A DNA stretch of 64,000 nucleotides, from positions 1-64,000 of the forward strand of contig JAQBUT010000016.1 of the NCBI GenBank assembly GCA_027623195.1, read 5' to 3'. This DNA comes from Chloroflexota bacterium. GTDB taxonomy: Bacteria > Chloroflexota > Dehalococcoidia > Lucifugimonadales > JADFKI01. Numbering within the stretch: the first letter of the stretch is position 1; every line of letters starts with the position of its first letter. The translations under genes were made by a program, and so were the position numbers. The notes beneath the pieces are model-generated. The model worked only from the letters and a program-made list of their open reading frames with translations. It ran no database searches and was not told the DNA's origin. Below, piece by piece: positions 27,735 through 37,550 of the stretch.

Positions 27735-28814
27735 ATGACCAAACCTTTGCTAAATACACCTGATAAGCAGACTGACAGCCTCCCAGGCCTGTTCCTAAGG
27801 TATAGGGCGGAGATTGGGACTGCGTTACGTCAGGCTATTACCCCTCAGAACTCCTCTAAAGAAGCCATTGCCGTGTATGACATGTTGCGTTACTACATGG
27901 GCTGGGCCGACACGGAGGGCAATCCCATTGTGGCCACGGAGGGCAAGTACCTGCGCCCGACCCTTTGTCTTTTCGCATGCCAGGCCACGGGTGGTTCGAT
28001 TGAGCAGGCCATGCCGGCGGCAGTGGCGCTCGAGTTGATACACAACTTCTCACTTATTCATGACGACATTCAGGACCAGGACGAGACCCGCCACCACCGC
28101 AAAACGCTGTGGGCGGTCTGGGGCATTCCCAAAGCTCTGGTCGCCGGAAACGTCCTTAGAGTGGTCGCCGATTTTTCCTTGGAGGAGCTGATCCGACGCG
28201 GCGTGGACGCAGAGACCGCCCTGGGTGTGGCCAGTCTCCTCACCGAGGCGTATCTGGAGATGATTGAAGGTCAGTACCTGGACCTTTCTTTTGAGGGCCA
28301 GTCCGACCTGGGCATGCAGGACTACCTGGGCATGATCGCTCGTAAGACCGGAGCGCTGATCAGGTGCGCATTCACCATGGGCGCCCTCATTGGTTCGGGC
28401 GACAAGGCAACGGCAAACGCCTTCCGATCCAGCGGAGAGGCTCTGGGCTTCATCTTTCAGGTCCGAGACGACGTTTTGGGCGTCTGGGGTGACGAGAAGA
28501 CTACAGGCAAACCTGTAGGCGCTGACATCAGAAGAAAGAAAAATTCCTTTCCGGTCGTCCATGCTATGTCTCAAGCCAAGGGCGCTGAAAAGCAATCGCT
28601 TCTGGACATCTACAGGCAAGACGAGGTCGCCGAGGGAGATGTTGGCCGGGTGTTGGAGATAATGGATCGAGCGGAAACTCGCGGATGCGCCCACGAAATG
28701 GCGATGGAGCATGGCCAGGACGCGTCAGATGCTTTGGAGTCGGTGGAGCTTGAACCCAGTGCCCGAGCAGAAATTGAGGAGCTAATCCAGTTCTTAGTGG
28801 TGAGAGAACACTGA
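27735..28814 (+). CDS. Short-chain polyprenyl diphosphate (FPP/GGPP) synthase
   Basis: GKYLRP, HNFSLIHDDIQD (Phe at -5 implies short chain), GQYLD, KT, FQVRDD. Confidence 0.92.
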   Translation: MTKPLLNTPDKQTDSLPGLFLRYRAEIGTALRQAITPQNSSKEAIAVYDMLRYYMGWADTEGNPIVATEGKYLRPTLCLFACQATGGSIEQAMPAAVALELIHNFSLIHDDIQDQDETRHHRKTLWAVWGIPKALVAGNVLRVVADFSLEELIRRGVDAETALGVASLLTEAYLEMIEGQYLDLSFEGQSDLGMQDYLGMIARKTGALIRCAFTMGALIGSGDKATANAFRSSGEALGFIFQVRDDVLGVWGDEKTTGKPVGADIRRKKNSFPVVHAMSQAKGAEKQSLLDIYRQDEVAEGDVGRVLEIMDRAETRGCAHEMAMEHGQDASDALESVELEPSARAEIEELIQFLVVREH

Positions 28815-28842
28815 TGGTTATCAGGTCAAGATTTGGGAGTGC

Positions 28843-29874
28843 GTGATGGGTAGACCTTTGGAACTAGCATTTAAAACCGGTTGGTACATTGTCAAGAATA
28901 AGATGATGGGAAGGAAACGCTTCCCCCTGGTTACGATGCTTGAGCCTTTGGAGAAGTGTAACCTCGCTTGCCTAGGCTGCGGTCGTATCCGCGAGTACGA
29001 ACGCGTGCTAGACCGAACGCTCTCCGTAGAACACTGCCTGGCGGCAGTGGAGGAATCAGGCGCGCCAATCGTGTCCATCGCCGGCGGAGAGCCGTCTCTA
29101 CACCCGCAGATAGACGAGATCGTGAAGGCCATCACGGCGAAGAAGAAGTTTGTATTCATGTGCACCAATGCCCTTTTAATGGAGCGCATGATGAAGAAGA
29201 TTCCCCCGTCCAAGTACTTTTGCTTCGTCGTTCACATGGACGGGATGGAAGAGGCCCACGATAAGTCTGTATATCGTAAAGGCGTTTTCCAGATCGCCAT
29301 GCGCGGAATACGCAAGGCGCTGGACGAGGGCTACCGTGTGACCACGAATACCACTGTATTCAACGGCGTTGACGAAGAAGACCTCGTAACGATGTTCAAG
29401 ATGCTCACGGACATGGGCATAGAGGGCTGCATGGTTTCTCCGGGTTACCAGTTCGACACGGTGCCTAATCAGAACCTGTTCATCTCCAGGCAGAATGCAC
29501 GTAAGGTTTTCAGGAACATCCTGGACCCAGCGCGAAACATCCGCTTCTACAACAACCCTCTTTATTTGGATTTCTTGAGAGGGGATCGGGAATATCAGTG
29601 CACCGCCTGGTCCAATCCTACGTATACAGTATTGGGTTGGCGCGAACCCTGCTACCTGCTGGGCGACCGACACACCCAGGACATCAACGACCTGTTCAGC
29701 GAGGAGATGTGGTCGGAGCGTTACGGAGTTGGTAACGACTCTCGCTGCGACAACTGCCTCATGCACTGCGGATTTGAATCTGCGTCGATTTTCGGCACCT
29801 TCGAAAGGCCAGCCGATGCGCTTCGTCTTCTGAAAAAGGGCGCGTTGCAAAACAGCGGTATCGGAACGGCTTAG
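28843..29874 (+). CDS. hpnH: Adenosylhopane synthase, radical SAM
   Basis: KRFPLVTMLEPL.CNLACLGCG, SIAGGEP, C-terminal CTAW..P...PCYL...RCDNCLMHCGFE; next to shc. Confidence 0.92.
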   Translation: MMGRPLELAFKTGWYIVKNKMMGRKRFPLVTMLEPLEKCNLACLGCGRIREYERVLDRTLSVEHCLAAVEESGAPIVSIAGGEPSLHPQIDEIVKAITAKKKFVFMCTNALLMERMMKKIPPSKYFCFVVHMDGMEEAHDKSVYRKGVFQIAMRGIRKALDEGYRVTTNTTVFNGVDEEDLVTMFKMLTDMGIEGCMVSPGYQFDTVPNQNLFISRQNARKVFRNILDPARNIRFYNNPLYLDFLRGDREYQCTAWSNPTYTVLGWREPCYLLGDRHTQDINDLFSEEMWSERYGVGNDSRCDNCLMHCGFESASIFGTFERPADALRLLKKGALQNSGIGTA

Positions 29875-29901
29875 GCCGAGAAATCAACTGAGTACAGGGG
29901 C

Positions 29902-30681
29902 ATGCTGGCAATACTTGTAGCGTTCGAGCGAGAGATTAAGGACTACCTGCGTGCAGGGCAGTTCAGGTTGGTAGAGAAGGAAGACGCCTTTCGGTTTTAC
30001 CTGTCGCCTGTTTGCCGGGACGTGGTCGTCGTGGAAGGCGGCTTTGGTCCCCAAATGTCGCGGGACGCCGTAAGACTAGTGGCAGACAAGTACCCGCCAG
30101 ACCTCCTGGTGTCAGCCGGATATGCCGCTGGCTCAAGGCCGGATATGGTCACGGGCGAGGTTGTCGTCTGCAGTCGGCTACAAAGCCTGACTGGCGAAGC
30201 AGCGTATTGGAACGTGGATACGATTCTCGGAAAATCTGTTCCGGAATCAGTGCTGCCTTACGACCAGTGGAACGACATTGAGGTACGTTGGGGCTCCTGC
30301 TTAACAATGCCCTACCTGGTGTCGGGCAGCTCTATGAAGGAGTGGTTGGGTCGAACCTTCGCGACCGACGTTATAGATATGGAAAGCTACTGGGTAAGCG
30401 AGGCCGCTGAAGAACTTGGCATACCGCATATTATCTTGCGCGCCGTTTTTGACCCCATGGGGCAAACGCTGCCTTCGTTCGTCGCCAAGTCGCTTGATGG
30501 CTCGGCTGTCCAGACGGCATTAAGGGCTGCATCATATATGGCCTCCCATCCGACATCGATAAAACGCACCATTGCTCTATTAACCCAGTCCAGGCAGGCA
30601 ACAGCGTCGCTCAGCCGATTCCTGTTGAATCTGACCCCAGATGGCGCCCAGGCCTTAAACCTAGCGTTGGGCGCAAGGTGA
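29902..30681 (+). CDS. hpnG: Hopanoid-associated nucleoside phosphorylase/nucleosidase
   Basis: PNP/MTAN fold motifs (SAGYAAG, IDMES, RAVFD), ..LP...; lies between hpnH and shc. Confidence 0.8.
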   Translation: MLAILVAFEREIKDYLRAGQFRLVEKEDAFRFYLSPVCRDVVVVEGGFGPQMSRDAVRLVADKYPPDLLVSAGYAAGSRPDMVTGEVVVCSRLQSLTGEAAYWNVDTILGKSVPESVLPYDQWNDIEVRWGSCLTMPYLVSGSSMKEWLGRTFATDVIDMESYWVSEAAEELGIPHIILRAVFDPMGQTLPSFVAKSLDGSAVQTALRAASYMASHPTSIKRTIALLTQSRQATASLSRFLLNLTPDGAQALNLALGAR

Positions 30682-30689
30682 AATAAGTC

Positions 30690-32792
30690 ATGGACACTTT
30701 GTCCACCGGTAATTTAGTGGAGCAAACATCTCATCTGGACAAATCTATCCAGATGAGCCATGACTACTTGCTTAACGCCCAATACGCGGAGGGCTACTGG
30801 TGGGGTGAACTTGAGTCAAACCCGACCATGGAAGCCGAGTTCATACTGCTGAACTATTTTCTGGGCATCAGGGACGAGGGGCGCAACCGGAAACTGGTCA
30901 ACCGCATTCTGGGCCAGCAGCGCGACGATGGGACGTGGGGTCAGTACTACGGTTCGCCAGGCGACCTAAGTACGTCGGCCGAATGTTACTTTGCGCTGAA
31001 GCTGTCCGGCATTTCCGCCGATGAGCCAAATATGGTGAAAGCCAGGGATTTCATTCTGTCCAAGGGTGGTATGCCGAACGCAAGGGTCTTTACGAAGATA
31101 TGGTTCTCTCTGTTTGGCCAGTGGGACTGGAAGGGCGTTCCGGTGATGCCGCCGGAGTTGATGCTGATTCCAGACTGGTTCCCACTTAATCTTTATGACT
31201 TCTCCAGTTGGGCAAGGGCGACAGTTGTGCCTCTGCTTGTGCTGATGGACCGGAAGCCTGTTCGGAAGATACCAGACGAGGCCTGCGTCGACGAGCTATA
31301 CATTCGTTCGCGAAAGGATACCGCCTACGCCATAAAGCGGCCATCCAAGCTGATCGGGTGGGAATCGCTTTTCTATGCCAACGACGTTGTGCTTCGACAG
31401 TTAGAACGACTGCCGTGGATACCGACTCGCGGCCAGGCGGTGCGCCGTGCTGAACGCTGGATCTTAGATCATCAGGAAGAGGATGGCAGTTGGGGGGGTA
31501 TACAGCCGCCCTGGGTATATTCCCTGATGGCCCTTCACGAGCTGGGCTACGGCCTGGATCATCCTGCCATAAAAAAGGGACTAGAGGGGTTCGAGGCCTT
31601 TGTTATTGAGGAAGACGACACTCTAAGAGTGCAGGCATGCGTCTCGCCCCTGTGGGACACTTGCCTGACGATGATAGCGCTGCTGGACTCCGGCTTAAGG
31701 CCGGACCACCCGTCCCTGGCAAAAGCGGGCAGCTTCCTCGTGAAAAAGCAGGTTTTGAACGGTGGCGACTGGCAGGTGAGAGCCAAGGGTACGCCTCCCG
31801 GAGGATGGGCCTTCGAGTTCGCCAACGATAGCTACCCGGACCTTGACGACACGGCGGAAGTGGTAATGGCGTTGAATAAGGTGAACCTCGACGCCTACGA
31901 AGGCGAAAAACAAGAGGCTATTGAACGGGCATTACAGTGGCTTATGGGCATGCAGAGTTCCAACGGCGGCTGGGCCTCCTTCGACAAGGACAATTCCAAG
32001 GGGCTCATTTCCAAGATTCCGTTTTCTGATTTCGGCGAGACTATCGACCCGCCCAGCGTTGATGTTACTGCTCATATCCTGGAAATGTTGGGCCAATTGG
32101 GTTTCTCCGATGACATACCTGTCGTCCAGAAAGCGTTGGCTTTTATCACAAATGATCAGGAGCTTGATGGTGCTTGGTTTGGTAGGTGGGGGGTTAACTA
32201 CATATACGGTATTGGGGCAGTATTGCCTGCCTTAGAGGCATTGGGCATCGATATGAAACAGAATTTCGTTCATAAAGCCGTCCATTGGGTCATCGAACAC
32301 CAGAACGAAGATGGTGGATGGGGAGAAAGCTGTTCTTCTTACGTGGACTCAGCGTCACGAGGACGAGGTCCCAGCACTGCTTCTCAAACGGCCTGGGCGC
32401 TAATGGCGCTTATCGCCGCTGGAAAAAGCGAGCATCCGTCTACGTTAAATGGAGTGGACTACCTGTTGAGAACACAAGTGTCTGACGGCACTTGGGACGA
32501 GCCCTACTTTACAGGAACAGGCTTCCCTGGCTATGGTATCGGCCAGCGTTTGCCCGACTATTTGAACCCGGAGGACCCTGGATATCAAGGTGAAGAACTC
32601 TCGGCGGGCTTCATGATCAAATATCACATGTATCGTATCTACTGGCCTTTGACGGCGTTGGGACGATATAGAAGCCATATGAATGGCGAGAGGCGTATCA
32701 TTAGTCGTAGTCGCGGGGTGGCTATTGCGGGGAAAAACCGGGTTGAAAAACCTAGACGAAAAAGATTGAAACAACTTATACCGATGTGGTAA
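30690..32792 (+). CDS. shc: Squalene-hopene cyclase
   Basis: GYWWGELE, QW repeats, SPLWDT, catalytic YPDLDDTA, WFGRWGVNY.YG, STASQTAWA, FTGTGFP. Confidence 0.97.
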   Translation: MDTLSTGNLVEQTSHLDKSIQMSHDYLLNAQYAEGYWWGELESNPTMEAEFILLNYFLGIRDEGRNRKLVNRILGQQRDDGTWGQYYGSPGDLSTSAECYFALKLSGISADEPNMVKARDFILSKGGMPNARVFTKIWFSLFGQWDWKGVPVMPPELMLIPDWFPLNLYDFSSWARATVVPLLVLMDRKPVRKIPDEACVDELYIRSRKDTAYAIKRPSKLIGWESLFYANDVVLRQLERLPWIPTRGQAVRRAERWILDHQEEDGSWGGIQPPWVYSLMALHELGYGLDHPAIKKGLEGFEAFVIEEDDTLRVQACVSPLWDTCLTMIALLDSGLRPDHPSLAKAGSFLVKKQVLNGGDWQVRAKGTPPGGWAFEFANDSYPDLDDTAEVVMALNKVNLDAYEGEKQEAIERALQWLMGMQSSNGGWASFDKDNSKGLISKIPFSDFGETIDPPSVDVTAHILEMLGQLGFSDDIPVVQKALAFITNDQELDGAWFGRWGVNYIYGIGAVLPALEALGIDMKQNFVHKAVHWVIEHQNEDGGWGESCSSYVDSASRGRGPSTASQTAWALMALIAAGKSEHPSTLNGVDYLLRTQVSDGTWDEPYFTGTGFPGYGIGQRLPDYLNPEDPGYQGEELSAGFMIKYHMYRIYWPLTALGRYRSHMNGERRIISRSRGVAIAGKNRVEKPRRKRLKQLIPMW

Positions 32793-32837
32793 ATTTCACG
32801 TTGACTGTCCTTCAAAGGTTGACGGGAGAGGTTCAAA

Positions 32838-33314
32838 ATGAAGGTTCTACAAGAGGCATCATTCAAGACCTGTATATTCACACTCGAAGTGGATGTTAGG
32901 TCTGCGGGCATGCCGGAGTTTTTCGATATCACCGACGAGGTGCAAGAATTCGTTAAGCAGTCACAGGTGCAGAACGGATTTGCGGTAGTGTTCTCGAAAC
33001 ATACTACGGCAGCTATTGTGTTGCAGGAAAACGAACCCCTCCTGTTGCAAGACATGGCCAGCGCAATCGAGAGATTCGCCCCAAGAAACCAGCACTACAG
33101 GCACAACGACTTCGAGGTTCGTACCGTGCACATGCACGAGGACGAGTGCCCCAACGGCCACTCGCACTGCCAGCACCTGATTTTAGGCGCTAGCGAGAAC
33201 GTGCCCGTGGTGGATGGCAAACTCACGCTTGGCGAGTTCCAGCGGATATTCATGGTTGAGTTGGATGATCAGAGGGAATTTCGTCAGGTCTTGATTCAGG
33301 TAATGGGCGCCTAA
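32838..33314 (+). CDS. yjbQ: YjbQ/UPF0047 family protein
   Basis: HTTAAI..QENEP, YRHND, NGHSH, LG.FQRIF..ELD. Confidence 0.88.
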   Translation: MKVLQEASFKTCIFTLEVDVRSAGMPEFFDITDEVQEFVKQSQVQNGFAVVFSKHTTAAIVLQENEPLLLQDMASAIERFAPRNQHYRHNDFEVRTVHMHEDECPNGHSHCQHLILGASENVPVVDGKLTLGEFQRIFMVELDDQREFRQVLIQVMGA

Positions 33315-33412
33315 TTCGCCCCTGGCAACAAATGTAATTACGGGCCCGTTAATTCCCCGTTGATTCTTTGTAAACGCAGTCCCCGTCTAATGCGGGAGAC
33401 TCGGGGGGCGAT

Positions 33413-34297
33413 ATGGGCAATGAAGTAGAACAGGCCTACGACCACTGCCAGCAAATAGCCAAAGAACACGCTCGCAATTTCTATTACGCCTTCCGCACCT
33501 TGCCCGCCAGGAAGCGTAGGGCTATCTATGCGGCGTATGCATTTTGTCGGCTTTGTGACGATATCTCTGACGAAGACCTTCCTCCCGGTGAAAAGGACCG
33601 CCAATTCGCGGAAACTCGCCGACATCTGGCGGACTCCCGCGATGGCAGCGCCACCGAACCCGTCTTCCGCGCCATAAGCGACGCCTCCCACGCCTTTCAT
33701 ATCCCCTTCGATTATTACGAAGAGGTTATCGAGGGAGTGGAGATGGACCTGACCAAGACCCGCTTCGCAAATTTCGATGAGCTAAAAGAGTACTGCTACA
33801 AGGTCGCCTCTGTGGTGGGTCTCATCTGTATCGAGGTCTTCGGCTACGACGATGCTCAGGCCCGGGAATATGCGGTAGACATGGGCTTGGCGATGCAGCT
33901 CACCAACATTCTTCGGGACGTTAAAGAGGACGCGGAGCGCGACCGCATTTACCTGCCGCAGGACGATATGGCCCGTTTCGGTTACACGGAGCAGGACCTC
34001 ATGAACGGCGTTGTTAATGATTCTTTTCGAGCACTGATGGAATTCGAGGTTGGCCGCGCCAGGTCGTATTACGACAAGTCTCGGAAGCTCTTCCCGCTGA
34101 TTCATCCGGAGGCCAGGGTGTGTCCAAGCTTATTGCACGCCACGTATAGTAGGGTCCTTGACCGTATTGAGTCCTCCGGCTATAACGTTTTCGAGAGGCG
34201 CATCGGTCTTAGCAAACCGACGAAGCTTCTTCTGGTGGCGAAACTCTGGGCAGGCACGCTACTTCCCTCCGTGCCAAAACCTTCGCTCAAGAGGTAG
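33413..34297 (+). CDS. hpnD: Squalene/phytoene synthase family, HpnD-like presqualene diphosphate synthase
   Basis: NFYYAF..LP, YAFCR.CDD..D, YCYKVASVVG, QLTNILRDV.ED, RIYLP; hopanoid context. Confidence 0.8.
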   Translation: MGNEVEQAYDHCQQIAKEHARNFYYAFRTLPARKRRAIYAAYAFCRLCDDISDEDLPPGEKDRQFAETRRHLADSRDGSATEPVFRAISDASHAFHIPFDYYEEVIEGVEMDLTKTRFANFDELKEYCYKVASVVGLICIEVFGYDDAQAREYAVDMGLAMQLTNILRDVKEDAERDRIYLPQDDMARFGYTEQDLMNGVVNDSFRALMEFEVGRARSYYDKSRKLFPLIHPEARVCPSLLHATYSRVLDRIESSGYNVFERRIGLSKPTKLLLVAKLWAGTLLPSVPKPSLKR

Positions 34298-34313
34298 GCG
34301 GCGCGCCACACGA

Positions 34314-35309
34314 ATGTCCACCGACCACGCCCTGATCCTCGCGCCCTTTAGCGACAGCCAGCTTGCCCGATTGCGTCAAGAAATTCACGTCGCACACGAA
34401 AGCTGGATGAAGACTAGAAAGCTCTACGACCCCGACGAGTTGGCGCAACGCCTTTTGAAGGACGGCTCTTCAATTCTCGTGATCGAGTCGGACTTTGCCT
34501 TCGAGGAGACCTTCGCACAGGTGCCCGGTCTCAAGTTCGTCGGCATTTGTAGGGCGGCAACAAATCATGTCGATCTTGAGGCGGCCTCTGAAAAAGGCAT
34601 AGTCGTCGTTAACACACCGGGACGCAATGCACGCGCCGTAGCCGAGCACACGTTAGGTCTCATGCTGGCGTTGGCACGGAAGATTCCTCAATCGCATAAC
34701 TACGTCAAAGAAGGCTCGTGGCAGGACCCAACGGAGCCTTACACCACCCTTCGCGGCATAGAGTTGCAGGGACGCGCGGTCGGTGTGATTGGTCTGGGCG
34801 CCATAGGCCTCATGGTTGCAGAGATATGTCACGCGCTGGGGATGGAGGTGCTGGGCTACGACCCCTACGCCGACCCCAATGTCTCCTACATAAAACAGGT
34901 GGAGTTGGATGAGCTTCTCAAGCAGGCTGACTTCATCGATGTGCATGTGCCGTTGACGCCGCAGACCCTGGGTACGTTGAATGCCGAACGGTTGGCTTTG
35001 GTGAAGCCGACAGCATATGTAATAAGCGCCTCCGACGCAGCGGTCTTCGAAGGGAAGGCATTGGCAGACGCTCTTATTGAAAAGCGCATAGCCGGCGCCG
35101 CTCTGGACGTCTTTGAGTCGCACCCTGTTTCGCCGCAGAACCCGTTGCTTGCGCTCGATAACGTAGTCCTCACCCCCCACATCGGAGGAGCCACCGAGGA
35201 GACAGTGGAGCGTCATTCCCGCATGATGACCGATGACATTCTGCGGTTCGTAAACGGCCAGAGCCCCCTTAACCTCGTGAACCCTGACGCCTGGCAGAAC
35301 AGGACGTGA
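34314..35309 (+). CDS. D-2-hydroxyacid dehydrogenase-fold NAD oxidoreductase with atypical catalytic residues
   Basis: NTPGRNARAVAEH, GLGAIG, YDPY, HVPLTPQT, ALDVF, TPHIGGAT. Start at MSTDH. Confidence 0.88.
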   Translation: MSTDHALILAPFSDSQLARLRQEIHVAHESWMKTRKLYDPDELAQRLLKDGSSILVIESDFAFEETFAQVPGLKFVGICRAATNHVDLEAASEKGIVVVNTPGRNARAVAEHTLGLMLALARKIPQSHNYVKEGSWQDPTEPYTTLRGIELQGRAVGVIGLGAIGLMVAEICHALGMEVLGYDPYADPNVSYIKQVELDELLKQADFIDVHVPLTPQTLGTLNAERLALVKPTAYVISASDAAVFEGKALADALIEKRIAGAALDVFESHPVSPQNPLLALDNVVLTPHIGGATEETVERHSRMMTDDILRFVNGQSPLNLVNPDAWQNRT

Positions 35310-35313
35310 TGGC

Positions 35314-36822
35314 ATGATTAAGGGACCTGTTCTGGTAATAGACGCCGGCTCTAGCAGGCTGCGCTGCCACATTTTCGATGGTGAGGGCACAATAGTAGCC
35401 TCGTCTGCCACGGAATGGGCGTATCTGGAAGAGCCAGACGCTCCATCTATGGCCAGGTCATTCGACCCACAACAGTTGTGGGACGGTATTTGCCTGGCAA
35501 TTCGCCAGTGTGCTGCCGATGCCCCGACCAGCCTCGGAGTCGTGTCATGCATCGCGGTGACCAGTCAACGCCAGGGTGTCGTATTTCTGGACGCAGCCGG
35601 TAACGAAATCTACGCCGGACCGAACATGGACCTGCGAGCGGTCTTTGAAGGCGCGGCCATAGATGAGGAATTTCGGGAGCATGTCTACGGAGTAACGGGA
35701 CATCTGCCCTCATTCTTTTTCACGCCTGCCAAGCTGCGTTGGTTCCAGCAACAGCGGCCGAAAGCCTATGGTAGAATAGCCACCGTTTTGACTTTGGCCG
35801 ACTGGTTGGCGTGGCGGCTTACAGGCGTCGTCGCCAACGAAGTTACTCTGGCTGGCGAGGCCGGACTGCTGGATATCGGCAGTCGACAATGGTGCAACGG
35901 TCTGCTGCGGGAACTCGAACTGCCTGAACGGACCGGTCCTCTGGTGAAGTCCGGTGTTGTAGCCGGCAACGTATCTGGTCACGCTGCCAGCGCGACTGGC
36001 CTTGCAGTGGGAGTTCCCGTCACGATTGCAGGCGCGGACACCCAGTGTGGACTTCTAGGCATGGGCGTAGCGGAAACAGGTCACGTTGGCGTCGTGGCAG
36101 GCTGGAGCGCACCGGTACAGATGGTGACGGCTCAGCCGAAGCTTTCACCGGAGATGCGCACTTGGGCGGGATGCCATGTGCTCGACGACGGCTGGGTGGC
36201 GGAAAGTTCGGCCGGAGATACCGGAAACGCTTACCAGTGGCTGGCGGACACGGTTTACGGCGACAGGAGTGATCCTTTCGCTGATATGGCGATTGACGCT
36301 TCCTTCAGCGGTTCGGGGGCGAACGGAGCAGTAGCATTCATGGGAAACGGAGCAATGGACATGGGATCTGTTGGGATGACCTACGGCGGGCTCATGTTTC
36401 CAGTGCCTCTTAATGCGGCGACTGGTAAGATTCAGCGGAAAGACCTGGCGCGGGCTGCGTTGGAATCCACCGCCTACGCCATAAGAGCCAACATAGAGCA
36501 GTTGGAGGCCGTGACTGGTCAGAGTGCGATGTCCATCTCGCTGGGTGGCGGCATGACACGGACCGCCGCCTTCCCTAAAATACTTGTTGATGTACTGGGG
36601 CGGGATGTTCTTCTGTCGTCTCTTCCGGACGCAACGGCGATTGGTACATTCTTGTGCGCCAAAACAGTCTTGGGCGACTTCCGAGACCTGAGGGAGGCTG
36701 CCGCGCATGCCAGGTCAGACATGCGGCTACTGCAGCCAGACGCACGCAACGCGGCCCAGTACGAAGAGTATTACAAGGGTTGGATACGACTGTCTGAATC
36801 TCTCCGAAACATAGAACTTTAG
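35314..36822 (+). CDS. FGGY-family carbohydrate kinase (LsrK-like)
   Basis: IDAGSS, TSQRQG, PAKLRW, GADTQCG, GGGM. Confidence 0.88.
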   Translation: MIKGPVLVIDAGSSRLRCHIFDGEGTIVASSATEWAYLEEPDAPSMARSFDPQQLWDGICLAIRQCAADAPTSLGVVSCIAVTSQRQGVVFLDAAGNEIYAGPNMDLRAVFEGAAIDEEFREHVYGVTGHLPSFFFTPAKLRWFQQQRPKAYGRIATVLTLADWLAWRLTGVVANEVTLAGEAGLLDIGSRQWCNGLLRELELPERTGPLVKSGVVAGNVSGHAASATGLAVGVPVTIAGADTQCGLLGMGVAETGHVGVVAGWSAPVQMVTAQPKLSPEMRTWAGCHVLDDGWVAESSAGDTGNAYQWLADTVYGDRSDPFADMAIDASFSGSGANGAVAFMGNGAMDMGSVGMTYGGLMFPVPLNAATGKIQRKDLARAALESTAYAIRANIEQLEAVTGQSAMSISLGGGMTRTAAFPKILVDVLGRDVLLSSLPDATAIGTFLCAKTVLGDFRDLREAAAHARSDMRLLQPDARNAAQYEEYYKGWIRLSESLRNIEL

Positions 36823-36841
36823 CAAGGGCGACTCCAGAAAT

Positions 36842-37528
36842 ATGACGATTCGCTGGAAAGACGAAAGGCAGTCCGTAGTAACGGCGGCGCAGGAAATGGC
36901 GTCGCTGGGGCTTACCGTCGGCACCAGTGGTAACGTGAGCCTCCGCGTCTCTTCTGACGACATGGGCGAGCCTGACCGGGTACTGGTTGCGATTACTCCA
37001 ACGGGCGTGTCTTACGCTGAAATGACACCCCAGGACATCGTGGTCGTTGACCTCGATGTGAACCCTGTAGACGGTGAAGGCATTCCCTCTTCCGAAACGC
37101 TGCTGCATACGGAGATTTACCGGCGGCGTGCTGACGCTGGCGCGGTAATCCACACCCACTCGGTTTTTGCCAGTGTAGCGGCCGTAATGGGGCTGGAGAT
37201 GCCGCCGATAATTGACGAGGCGATCATATCAATCGGGGGGCCGGTCAAGGTGTCCGAGTACGCCTTTCCAGGGTCGCAGGAGTTGGCCGACAACGTCTGC
37301 GCCGCGCTGGAAGGACGTAACGCCGCCATTATCCGTAACCATGGCGCCGTCTGCGTGGGCGAAGACCTCAGAGAAGCGCTGAACGTCTGCGTGATGCTGG
37401 AACGTCTGGCTCAGATATATTATTACGCTTCTATGTCGGGGAAGGTGACCACCTTGCCAGCCGATGTTGTTGAGGCCGAGGTGGCGATTTTCGAAATGCG
37501 CCGGCAGGCCCGTTTGAATAGATCGTAA
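36842..37528 (+). CDS. Class II aldolase/adducin family (FucA-like)
   Basis: GTSGNVS, ITPTG, PSSE..LH, HTHS, NHG Zn ligands. Confidence 0.9.
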   Translation: MTIRWKDERQSVVTAAQEMASLGLTVGTSGNVSLRVSSDDMGEPDRVLVAITPTGVSYAEMTPQDIVVVDLDVNPVDGEGIPSSETLLHTEIYRRRADAGAVIHTHSVFASVAAVMGLEMPPIIDEAIISIGGPVKVSEYAFPGSQELADNVCAALEGRNAAIIRNHGAVCVGEDLREALNVCVMLERLAQIYYYASMSGKVTTLPADVVEAEVAIFEMRRQARLNRS

Positions 37529-37550
37529 TCAGGACTGTGAGGAATAGAGA

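Noticed and set aside
27473..27742. N-terminal extension of NuoA in the ORF track (also extensions at 95, 890, 7867, 27119, 34158, 55042, 60175)
   Set aside because: They run through promoter regions or neighbouring genes; downstream starts fit family N-termini, RBS or stop-start coupling.
33413..34297. Carotenoid phytoene synthase crtB
   Set aside because: No crtI/crtY nearby; the shc/hpnH context favours squalene synthesis, though crtB is not excluded by sequence alone.
34653..35552. 299-aa minus-strand ORF (likewise 19151-19966, 40463-41224, 52383-53075 and other nested ORFs)
   Set aside because: They overlap well-supported genes on the opposite strand or frame and have no recognisable motifs.
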